Positions 1 to 11,700 of a stretch of DNA of 24,538 nucleotides are shown here, piece by piece. The stretch is from Acanthaster planci (taxonomy: Eukaryota). The notes below the pieces were generated by a model. It did not search any database. It was given only the letters and a program-made list of their open reading frames with translations, and was not told where the DNA came from. Position 1 is the stretch's first letter, and each line of letters starts with the position of its first letter. The translations under genes were made by a program, and so were the position numbers. The stretch spans positions 4,488,228-4,512,765 of the forward strand of contig NW_019091357.1 in the NCBI RefSeq assembly GCF_001949145.1, written 5' to 3'.

Positions 1-147
1 TGTTCATTGTGCCTTGCATATATAGTTGTGTCAGCCCCATGTGTGACACTCTGGAAGTGAGTACTGAAGCTGTTGTTTGCTTTCTTTTGAAGGCCTTTGA
101 GAAAACCAGCTTGTGTAATTGGTAGTTATTTCTAGCAGCAATACCTT

Positions 148-426
148 CAGGGTTCCCGTGGCCTGGAAAAGTCATGGAAATTTGTTTTCGTTTTCCAGGC
201 CTGCAAAAGTCATGGAATTGTGTAAAAATGACTAAGTCATGGAATTTTTCAAACACAGCGTGTGATTTCTATTGCCAGATAGTAGTGCTTAAAATGAGTT
301 ATTTTTATGTGCAACTTTAAAAGTCTGAATAGTCCAAGAAAATGCATTATTGGGTCATATAGATTTTCATAATTTGGTCATGGGAAAACCATGGAATTTA
401 TGTGTCCTTTAGGTGCAGAAACCCTG
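148..426. mobile_element. MITE-like non-autonomous DNA transposon (hAT-like ends)
   Basis: Termini CAGGGTT...AACCCTG; internal repeats of (AAAA)GTCATGGAA; no intact 8-bp TSD. Confidence 0.65.
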
Positions 427-1029
427 GACATTTTTCTGACAGTGATAAACTGTTTTATGATGTGCCAAGATAATTGTCATCAGAAAGCTTGTTTATGTCT
501 CTAACTGCTTAATGTTAGGAAAAGTAAGTCACGAGTTGTATGCGGTTCTTTGTAAATATTTGTTTTATGACACAAAACTCAGTGAAGCAGGCCAGTCACA
601 TGAGCAGTCACATCTTGCTCCTGTGGTTTAACATTGCTGCAAGTGTTAAACGCATTAAAACATCTGACGTATGCAAAGCAGCATGCAGGCTGTAATTGGA
701 GTGAAAACAATAGGGCACGATATGCTGGTACAATGTTATCATTCCCTTTTGCTGTCAAAAATGGACGGAACAAAATCTGCGTGTCGGCGTTGACACTTAA
801 AAAAAAAAAACGGACTGTGATTTTTAGTTCAAAACAGATATCGCACCCTGTAGTTTCAATCCCACTTTTGCTGCCCCCCATGCTGGTGCACATGAACAGT
901 GGAGAGGTCAAGACTTGGCAAAACATGCAAAACCATCAGAGAGCACGGTGAACATCATGGTGACTTACCAGCCTCCGTTAGAGTTTTGTGTCTTATAAAT
1001 GTTCTTGGCGTGATAAAAACCGATGCAGA

Positions 1030-1390
1030 AGTGCACATGCATATACATGTAGTTTGCACATGTACATTAATTCTCCTATACTGACACGTTAGGCAGAGCA
1101 CATGTACATGTACATGCATGTACTTGAGATAGTAATGAGTATTTGGTGCGTACATGTACATGTCAAACACAATAGCGCACAAAAGGGATTAAGTTTGCAT
1201 GTGAATGCAATCATTTGAGAACGTGCACATCATGAATGTACCTACAGAGCAGAAATGAACATTTGAAATTGTCAAATCTTGGCTCAACAAAGAACTGATT
1301 AGCATGTGATACCAGGGAGCAATTAAAATGGTCCTCTGTAATAGCTCCATGGTGATGCCTACATGCCCATGTACATGCCCATGTGCACTG
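1030..1390. repeat. Cluster of TACATGTA/CACATG/GCATG palindromic simple repeats
   Basis: Many ACATGT copies, e.g. acatgtacatgtacatgcatgtac at ~1100-1123. Confidence 0.55.
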
Positions 1391-2604
1391 CAAATACAGA
1401 GGAACCATTTAACTGGTTTGAAAGTGTCATGATTGCAGGCCAATATCATGGTTATATATCTGCTTGCAGGAAGTGAATTTATCTTGCAATCGAATGTACT
1501 GCAGATTAAAGCAATTCCCTTCCCACTAGTGCATGTCGTGATCCATGGCTTTTGAGCATCAACACCGATGTGAGACCAAAATAATGGAGACACCTACTAC
1601 AAGCAAGGTTGCCACAATAAACCGCCTCTGTACCCAGTTACTGTAGATATGAATCTTCCCGGGTGAGGAAATGTAGATTCTGATAGAAGCAAAAACAGGG
1701 GGGGAGAGGAGATTATCATTCATCAGTCTGTTTAATGACCATTTCAACCATGTCCCTCCTCACCCTCCATGTTCTGCAAGCTGAGCTAATTCCCCTGACT
1801 AATCAAATTCTGTGCCCATACATCAGAGTGGGCTTTAAAGCCTATATAACTGTTGCCTCATGTGTTTTTGCATTTTAAAACATTTTGGGATTGAGTCGGT
1901 GCTTTGCAAGTTCTGTGGAAAATCCCCCCCCCCGTACTAAGACGCCACCAATTGTGACACAACTGCCCTTTGACCCACAGTTCTACCTGGCTGACTGATG
2001 CTTGACTTTTTTACATGTTTTGAATTTAACAGTTAGCAACACCTTTGATCATGAGGCTTAAGGACAACAGCACACAGTATGCCGCAGCTGCACGTACAGT
2101 GCAATGTGATGCATACACAGCACAGAATGGGTATCCTTGAGGAAGACGGTTGGACCGTATTGGAGACACCACAATTTGCACAATTTTCAAAGCATATATT
2201 CTGTTCACACTGAATGTTCACAACAGGATTGCTCTTAGCTTCTACATTTATTGAAGGTCATGATGGCATGATCTGAATATTAGTTCTGTGCATTAAGATT
2301 TCTTTAGATTCTGTTGTTTGTCATTTACGGGTATTGCATCCCTAAAGGCTGAAAATTAGGAGATCAGTGAACTTGATGCAGAGTGTTCATTAGAAGATTG
2401 AGCTTTAAAGCTTTTTGTTAAAAATCACCAGTCAAAATAAGGTAGACAAAAGTTACACTCTTAAGTGCACATCAGTGTTATACTAATACATGTAAGCGAA
2501 ATTCTTTTTTGTGTCCAGGAGTTGGCTTCAGTGAAAAGTGCACATAAAAATCTGAGTGAGCTGCGGTCTAGTCTCCTATTCCAGTCCACTCTTCTGCAGT
2601 CACA

Positions 2605-2797
2605 ATGGCCGACACCGAAAGTGGCATGGCCGAGCAGCCGCCAAAGAGGAGACTCAAAGTGGAGAAAGAGGCCAAGGAAAACCCCGGCGAGGCGGAGACT
2701 GAGTGCTGTGAGAACGAGGCAAAGAGGAACGGCCAGAGCACGGACAGCGACGATATCGATTTGTCGGTGCCAGAGGGGGAGCAACTGGACGATGAAG
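2605..2797 (+). CDS. L3MBTL: L3MBTL coding exon 1 (exon starts ~2519 with 5' UTR); MADTESG...QLDDE
   Basis: Acceptor ttttttgtgtccag|2519; in-frame TAA at 2545 upstream; acaATGG context; donor G|gtaaat, phase 1. Confidence 0.75.
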
Positions 2798-5700
2798 GTA
2801 AATGTTTCCTACAGGGGTTAATTTGGTGTAGCTAACGTGATCCAGTCTGGCTTGTGTTAGTTGTAATCAGGTATGCAGGTGAACTTCAGCAGAGATGGCA
2901 GTGTAATCCTGCTATCTCCACAAAAAAACAGACACATGCACAACTTTTTTCAAAAAAGATGGTAAAACCAGAATTTAGAAATGTTAAAGAAAAACATCAC
3001 ATTTCTGAAATTCAGGTGTTCAACACACTTCGGCAATTCTGTTGTCCCTGTCTGGTATTTTCAGATGAGGACTGGTTCAACGGAGTTTGTGAGAACTTTT
3101 TACCCAAAGTTTCAATTCAGTCTGATTGAGACTTAAGTTTCCTCTTGAATTTCATTTTTTTTTTACGTTTGAGCGAAGTTTAAGAGTGACAAAAAGGAAC
3201 AATGTGATTGAAAAGTTTCAGTGGGTTCATTTCTTTGAGTGTTGCAGCGCATCAGATGAAGACAGACCACACCAGATACTATCTTTCTTTTTTGTAATGC
3301 ACAAAGATCCTCCGGTCATTCCAAATGCCACAGCGGAAAAACCCTCCCCAGGGAACAATTCCACATCCACGTTCCCTCCGGCCGAAATGCCTACCCTCGA
3401 AAAATCCGACACAGACCCTCTCCTGTCAGCCACCCAAGAGGAGGCCCCCACAGAAGGGCCTGGGTTAACAGTACCAGAGGGAGGAAGCAATAGTGAAGAG
3501 AACGGCAATGAGGAGGTCAAAGGTGAAGAAGGGGGAGGGGCGGAGGCAGAGGGCTGTGGTGGGGAGGGAATGGAATACATTGAATGGAATGCAGACGGCA
3601 TCGGCATCCTGCCTGGGAGTGACATGAAGGTGAGAAAAATCGGTCGGCTTTCAGTTAGTCTTCAGACTTTGCTTAAAAGATGTGTATAAGAAAAGTTGTC
3701 CAACTTCAGAAAAACTTGGCTTTAGCTCATTAAGTTGATTACTAATTTGTCAACAACACAGCAATATAACTCCCAAGTGGACTTGAGTGTCTCACAAGTG
3801 TATTTGACAGAACTGAGTGGTTTTCGTGTACATGAAATTACGGGTACCATCTTCATGTTGTCAGTCTAGAGGCTTTTATTAAATTTTGGTGTAATCCCAC
3901 AAGAATACAGATTTGATACACTTTGATTCCTTTCAAATGTTTTTGGAAATGTTTTTATTTGTATTTCTGTAACAGTGTTGTAACTCTGTGAGAGCAAAAA
4001 TCATTCAAATCTGTGTCTGATTTGCACACGCACACTTGGGTACTATTTCTTTAAACCAAATTTGCCATGTACGGGTTTTCACTAAGTTACACTGGAGTGG
4101 ACTTGGATGCTATTTCATTGTAACGGTGGCAAATTAGGTTAAAGGTATGTATGACCCTGCAACAAACAGTTAACTTGCAGTTGTCTGACAGTATTATGTG
4201 GTAAAACTTCCCATGGCCATATGTATGTATAATATAAATATCATAAAGCAGTGGTTATGAACTATCGCCGACCCCCTCTGCAGTTCAAGTTGAACGAGTT
4301 TGGCGTCCTGGAGCTGATCATGGATCCGGACCCCATCGAGCCTGCAGATGAGCCCAGCCCGAGCCCTGCACCCACGCCGGCCAGCGAGGCTGGGAGTGAC
4401 ATCTCCAGCGAAAAGTCAGCCGTCTTCAACAACGACAAGAAATATGCCACCTCGTTGGGTAAGCATCGGTTATGTGTCGAGGGAGGGTCAAAGTACATGT
4501 AGCTGTTGTACCAAGAACTCTTGTTCGGATCTCTCTTTTGTGTGTTGCAAAAAAAATCCTCTAATTAGGTCCTAAGTAATTACATTTTTCTCCCCATTTT
4601 GTCCTTTCCCTCCAAAAAAGAGTGAAAGAAAACAGGCTTAAACTGTACAAGTGAGAAAGATGTTTAACGTTCCATGACACAGAAGTGGTATTTGTGAAAG
4701 AGTTTGAAGAAAGGATTTTCTTTCAAAACTTAGGTCCACAAAACCCATCTGCACCCCAAGTAAAGACAGGTAGCAGATTTAGGTACATAAAGGACTGTAA
4801 AGCTTGAAAAAAAATTACTCCGTCTAGTTTGCGTACATGTACATCTAGTTTGTGGTTTACAGGTAGCCAGGGTAGTGAACACCTACTAACCATTGATGCA
4901 GTTTTATGTGCATTGAAAACAGAGAGGAAAAAGTATGTCCACCAAAATTGTATGTAAAAAGGTGCAGCTGTCTCTTGTCTAGTCAGTAACCAATCATGGG
5001 CAGTCAGTCATCGGTTGGTAATTGATTGGCTGACTGCTATTCACAGATGATCTACAGAAACAACCAGGCAGCAAGCCCCTAATGTGTGTCTGTGAGCAGT
5101 GCTTGAAGGAAGGGCCCATTACGGAGTTCTGCAAGTCAGGCCGGTTCTGCAGCCAGTCCTGTGTGGGAGCCTATGCTAGCAAGTACGGAGAACCACCGAG
5201 ATTACCCATCCTCCCTAATCCTTCCCTGACCCCCCCTTCCCCCACTTGAGCAACAACCGGTTCAGTCAATTTCTCAAAACTTACATCGTCACTTTTCCTT
5301 GTCTAAAAATATGTATTTTTTCAGTAACAATCGAAAGTGTGCTAGTGGAGTATTGCTAATACTCTAGGCTTTGAAGTTTTACCCGTTGGAAAGTTACTCC
5401 TTGATACGTCCCCACGCCCCCCCCCTTCCAAAGGAAAGCTTCCAGTGTAATTGGCCGTGTTGATAGAAACGTTTTTGGACGTTTCCCTGTGTTTTTTTAT
5501 TCAATCCCTGCAGGCAAGGATCCCTGCGCAAGGAGTCAGAGAAGAAGAAGAGTTCAAACATGATGCTGAAGAAGAAAGTGGGTCGTAAACCTAAGAGCCC
5601 CGGCCCAGAAGGCAAGGTGAAGGAGGTTTGAAATATGGCTAATGATCTTTGCCTGTTAGGATTTGCAAGCCCTTGTATTTAAAGTGGGGAACTCAGAATA

Positions 5701-8700
5701 GTTGGAGGTGCCTTGCTCCCAGTAAAATGGAGCTGACTTATTGGTTGCTATTTGTGTGCCCAGTGGCCTGGGCAGGTGTTTTTAAAGCCCATATAACTTA
5801 TGGATCACAACGCAGATAACAGCTTCATGTGATTGAACACAGTAACTTCTAATTAGAAACTTGATCTTTGCAGATATCCCCCCCCCATTGGCATTATCAG
5901 AAAACATTGGCCTCAGCAAGCTAGACACGTTCCCACTGCCACCACAAGCCAAATAGGCAGGTCCTCCTCTGGCGACTGAATTACCCTTGATCGGGGGGTT
6001 ATCCTTACTCTGCTGCCCAGACCACGCCAACAAAGTCGAATTACAATGGGTCTAGACCATCACTATGCTCAACAGGGAATGCTGGCTGAAGCCCACTGAT
6101 TCATCACACTTACATGAATGAACTATAGAATCAAACTTTTTCTGATTTTTGGTTTGTTTCCCAACCGGGCAGGCCCACCTCCACGGAGATCTAAAGATGA
6201 CCATTAACATAAAAGGGATGGACAAATCGCCCATTGCAAATAAGCCAGGTGAGATCATTAGAACTCTGTGTACATAATGCCGGAGTGAAATTCACAGGTG
6301 TCTACCTTAAAGTACGGAAAAACTTGTAGAAATGCATTCGCGACATCCGTTTTGTTGCATAAACAATTTTAGCCTTGTATGTTGTCAACATAATTAGTCC
6401 CTCTGAGAGTGTTCAGCTTACATCTCAGAGTGTATAGTAGTTTGCCTCTCACAAGTATAAGCTTTCCTTCTCTTAGGCAAGAAAAAAGGCTTCACGTGGA
6501 GTACTTACCTGCAGCAGGAACGCGCATTGGCTGCCCCAGCCAAATTCTTCAAAGACGTAAGCAAAACCTTCTGCAGAGCTGGTTTTTCCTTGAAATGGCG
6601 CAATCTAAAAGTATGCATGCCATGCAAGATTCCCCTGTTCCACTGCCGGCTTCACTCTGACATCCCACAAAGTTTGTAAGAACGGTTTGCAGATAATGTA
6701 GTTGGTTTTGAAAGGTTCAGAAGTTCCCAAGAGGGATCAGTTGAAATGTAACCGTTGATTTGTGGCTGTTTATTGCCTCATTTGTGAGGTGAACATTGTT
6801 TCAAAATTTGTTGTTCAGCATGGGAAGCCGAAAACTCAATCAAGGCCTCCACTCCATCAATATACACATCTTACAATTCCACCAAAGGTTTCCCCCCAAA
6901 TCCTGACGTTTTCGAAAAAAGAATGGATATGCTCTGAAAAGAATATCCTTGGTCCAGTTGATGTACTGAGTGTGTCAGATCAAGTCCTAGGCTTGGGCCT
7001 GTGTTTTAAGTTGTCCAACCATGCTCCACAGTGACAGCACTCACGTAAACCACTCTTTGGTTGACCCCCTCAATTGGCTTCCCCACCACCACCACCCATA
7101 CCCTATCCACACAGGCCTTCCCAAGCGGCAAAAACAACTTCAAGGTGGGCATGAAGTTGGAGGGCATCGACCCCAAGCACCCGAGCCTTTTCTGCGTCCT
7201 GACGGTGGCCGAGGTCCGGGGCTATCGTATCCGGCTGCACTTTGATGGCTATTCTGAGTGCTACGACTTCTGGGTCAACGCCGACTCGCCAGACATCCAG
7301 CCGGCCGGCTGGTGTGAGAGGACAAACCACAAATTGCAGTACCCTAAAGGTTGGTCAATCTGGTACCTTGCCCCCCCCCAGCTTTTGTCAGTTTTTCGTC
7401 GGGCCAAAGTTTCCCGTTTGGTACTGATTTGTCCTAAACTGGGGGAAACCACATATAATGTTCTAATTAGCATTAACAATTTCCTGTAATAATTCAATAA
7501 ATTCAGAAAAGAAAAGAGTACCTACGAGGTTTTCATGCTTGCCAGAAATCTAGAGTTACCTCAGATGGTAAAAATTATCTTGGTTTCAGTGTGCTCTTAA
7601 ACAGTTTATCCACAGAGTTTAAACCAAAACTAGTCGGGTTATGTATTGCTTTAGATTTTGTGCTGTTACTGTAAGTGAAATCATTTTGAAAGGAAAAAGT
7701 GAACATATACCATGTAGTTCTTTGTATTTTGCAACCTTGGCGTCCTGGTCTCCGGCAATAGCTTGATGTTGTAAAGTGGCCATGACTCAAGTGTTTGACC
7801 CTGTTGACTGGACAGTTGTGTCCTTTGCCGACAGCGCTTTTCCTCCAAGCCCAGCATCGTAACAGGCACTTTCTCTCTGTTTTTTTCTGTTGTTAAAAAA
7901 AAAATTGCACTGCTCATGTAATAGGCAGAGGTAAGTTGGGCACTGGTTCTGCTTCTCCTGTCCTGGCCAGCATGAAGTGGTCCAAGCTATTTCTTTATTA
8001 GTGTTTTCAGCCTTGAGATTGTGAAAATGCACAGAGAGGACAGATCTGGAATTTTTATTGATGAACGTGCATGATGTACTTGACTTGCAAATACATGTAC
8101 ATGTATATTTCTGGGAATGTGTTTTTGTGTTTTTTTTGCTACCTGATTTTCCACCCAGATTAACTTTGGTGTCTGTTTGTCTCCTGCTAATGTCAAAGTT
8201 TGGCCTTTTTATTTTCTTATCCTAAGTTTGCTTCCTGCGTTGTTTTTGTTCTTTTTGTGATAAGTGGGCCTGTGCGTTAATTTGGAATGGTGAGAGTACT
8301 GCCAAGTATGCTTTGTGTTGTGCTAGTTGGGCAAGCAGGCTTTCTGTTTGTGTGGCCCTGTCTGAATCACTTGGCTGCAGCCTGAAATTACACACAAGTC
8401 TATGATAGCGGCTGCAGCTAGTGCCCATAGAGTCGTGTGCAAAGCATAGCCGCAGCCGAGTGATTTGGACGTGGCCTGTGCCCCTCTGAAAGGCGTTTCT
8501 TGAATTCTATATATGTTTGTTTTTGTGTGCACATTGCATGTGTTGCAAAGGTCTGCATTGTTTTACGTCTACATTGAGGTGCATATAAAGCTGTTTGCGG
8601 TAACGACGATGGAGGAATCGTACATTACTCCAGTTTCTGAATTGGGGCTATCCCGGGTAATGGGCATCATCACCCACCGACTTACTCGGAGCAGGTGTCT

Positions 8701-11700
8701 GTGGATCTCTTTCAACACCTGAGTATTTGTTATCTTTCACACTCTGGCAGGCTTCACGGCTGACAACTTCAGTTGGAGCTCTTACCTCAAGATGACAAAG
8801 TCACAAGCGGCTCCAAGGTCACTGTTCAAGAGTTACGAGAATGTAAGAAATGGTGTTTCCCATTTTCCCGATGACCCACATACTTTGGTCCTATCTGACA
8901 CCAATTTGAACCCTGGTGGCCTGCATTCATCTTTTGGCCTCTTGAGTTGTTTGGTACGGAGCCTGTGTATAATTGTCCCAATCCCAGATTGGCCAAGTGT
9001 GAACGCTACTGTCGTGCTAATCCCTTGGTTTCATTTAGCTGGGGTCGTGCTGGAGCAGGCTTTGTGCCCGTTTGGGCTTGATGAGACACTGGTTTTTAAA
9101 ATGCTAGAAGTGGAGCTCGGAAAACCCAGGCAAGCCCAGGTTTTTGTTTCAGATTTCCATTGCAAAAAGTCTGGCGAAATTTCATCCCCCCCCCCAAAAA
9201 AAATGCGGCTTCATCTCTGTCGTTGACCCTCCTGACCATCATACCGAGGAAAGTTCTGTCCTAAAGGAAGCATCACCCTCCTTGCTCTCTCTCTCTTCAG
9301 GACTGCGTGACCCCGCAGGGGTTCCGCAAGGGCATGAAGCTGGAGGCCATCGACAAGAAGAACCCCTCCCTGATCTGCGTGGCCACCGTGGCCAATATCA
9401 TGGAGAGCCGTTTCCTCATCCACTTTGACGCCTGGGAGGACACGTACGACTACTGGTGCGACTCCTCCTCGCCCTACATCCACCCCGTGGGCTGGTGCGA
9501 AGAAAACGGGAAAATCCTGTCTCCGCCCAATGGTAACTATACTGACTTTTCCTTGTTCTGATATTCAGTTTCTCATCGTCTCAGATACGTCATTGCGGAA
9601 TTAAGTAAAATACCATGATACTGTGAAAAAAAACCTTACAAAATCAGTGCTGTAACCAAGCCAGTTTCCTAATTCAAATTTAGTTGCGAAATAACATTAA
9701 ATGCCAAGTCTTAAGTGTTTTTGGTTGTTTTTGTCAGGCCAAGTCATTTTAGTTTACTTCATGTCAATTTTCAAGACACGTATTTCTTCAACAAGCATGC
9801 ATGCATGTTTATTTGAATGGTATATTTTGGGAACCATGTTCATTCAGCACTTGTAAAAATGAATGTTACATCGTTTAGGGTGTCATCACTTTTTGAATTA
9901 GGTTTAGTGATTCAGGCTAAACAATCTGACGCCTCCTGAAATTCAGACATATTTAATCGCTATTACTTGATTAAAACATCTCACCACAGACTATGAAGAC
10001 ATCGTCAACTTCACATGGGCAGACTACTTGGCTAGAACGAAGTCTGTTGCTGTGCCAACCAGAGCATTCAAACCGGTAAGTAGTCATGAGGTTTGCCACA
10101 AGCTTGTTCAGTTATATCAAGTTCAACGGCTTGTAAAATGATCATGGCAGGGTTTTTTTTGTCCATTTTGGTTTTACTCACTGTGTTGGACTTGATCTTC
10201 AGTCTGTGTATTGTCCACGGTTAGGCAGACCCAGAAGCTTTGCTGTTGCACAAACAATGGTCCACCGAAATACTGCAGCTTGGTAAATGATACCACCTCT
10301 GACCAAACCTCAGACATGAAAAAGGGGTTTTGAGGTGTTCTTATAGGGCATGCTCTGCGCACTTCTAATGTGTTATAGAGACAGGTGGTGAAATGTCTTA
10401 GAATAAACACAGATCATTCAACCACGGGGGACACAGTGCACTCCATCTCATCTCACTGAACTGATCAGTTGCTTTTTAATTATCTGTATGCTCATCAATC
10501 TCAGCGGCCACCTGTCGGCTTCGAAGTCGGCATGCGGCTGGAGGCAGTGGACATGCGCAACCCCTCCCTTATCCGCGCGGCCACGGTGGCCGAGCTGGAC
10601 GGCCACCGGCTCAGGCTGCACTTTGATGGCTGGACGGACGATTATGACATCATGGTGGACGACGACAGTCCTGACCTGCACCCAGTGGGCTGGTGCAACA
10701 AGACAGGCCACCCGCTGGTCCCTCCCATCCGGCCCTCCCAGCTGGTCGCCAACCAAGGGTAAGTATGTCGGTTCTGTGTGGAAGTATTCAGAGTCGTAAT
10801 GACTTGACTCGAGTCTGCCTCATGTTGCACTTATGGCAACTTGTCTCAACTCGAGTCTGCCTCATGTTGCACTTTTGGCAACTTGACTCGACTCGAGTCC
10901 CGATGGGTAAATGACTTGTCTTGACTTGAGTCACTGCAAGGAAATGACTCATTTTGACTCAAGCCCCTCAGAAGACCCGACATGAGTGAAATTTAATAAA
11001 GACTCGAGTCCCAAAAATAAAAGCAAACGTTTGTGCTAAAAAAACTACAATGATTTACAGTGCTGGTTTATAATGTTCATATCTTTTGTTATTATCTCTA
11101 AGAATAAGACGTGGTATACTCGCATGTAGAAACTCCAAAGTAAATTTTAAAATGTCAAAACTTGTTTTAAGTATGTATGAACTCATGCGTTCATGTGGAG
11201 CGTCCCCTCCAAAGGGATGACGCTGGATGGGAAATCGCACCATCTCTTATATTGCGGCTTCTGCCCTTCACTGACAACATCATCTGTTTTCCTGCGCAGG
11301 GCAGATAGGTGACCTGCTCTGTGAAGATGAGTCACAAGTCACCAAAACCACTTTGGAGTAAACAGGCCTTTGAAAAATTCCTTCTGTGTGGAAATCAACA
11401 CGAACCGTCAACATCTTTTATCCACTCATGAGGATGCTTAAATGAGTGAACACATCAAACAGGGAGCTGAGCTTGCTCTTTCTATTAAATGAAGTCAAGT
11501 TTCTGAAAAGAATGGCCTTATGACGGCGTGGGTCACATATTATTGTTAAATCATGAGTGCAAAGGCAGCAAACTCATGTTGGTGGAGTGGGCAGCTATGG
11601 TTATCTCTTCTGTTGACCAGGTGCACGAGAACTCGTTAGGAGATGCAGTGCCAGCTTTTGTTCCTTAAAAAATCATCCTGAACAAACGCTCCCTTTTCAT

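Noticed and set aside
2131..2138. GTATCCTT (also ATATCCTT at 6943), U12-type 5' splice-site look-alikes
   Set aside because: No TCCTTAAC-type branch point before the downstream acceptors, and the gene model needs no U12 intron.
579..2221. Multiple 60-134 aa ORFs on both strands upstream of L3MBTL
   Set aside because: No recognisable domains; His/Val/Met/Cys bias derives from ACATGT simple repeats; no consistent exon chain.
2752..2766. DIDLS resembling the CtBP-binding PxDLS motif
   Set aside because: Lacks the Pro; a short match in low-complexity acidic sequence.
2465..2821. 118-aa Arg-rich ORF and antisense 107-aa ORF over exon 1
   Set aside because: Alternative-frame shadows of the purine-rich exon; only the 2605 frame splices in phase to exon 2.
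5874..5960. Good acceptor tctttgcag at 5873 suggesting an extra exon
   Set aside because: The required phase-0 frame hits TAG after 16 codons and there is no strong donor; a poison exon cannot be excluded but is unsupported.
8159..8289. Possible cassette exon (ccacccag| ... aatg|gtgaga)
   Set aside because: In-frame TGA, 131 nt (not a multiple of three) and intron-like T-rich composition.
10807..10900. CRISPR-like repeat spacing
   Set aside because: Eukaryotic intron, intervening sequences are duplicates rather than unique spacers, and there are no cas genes.
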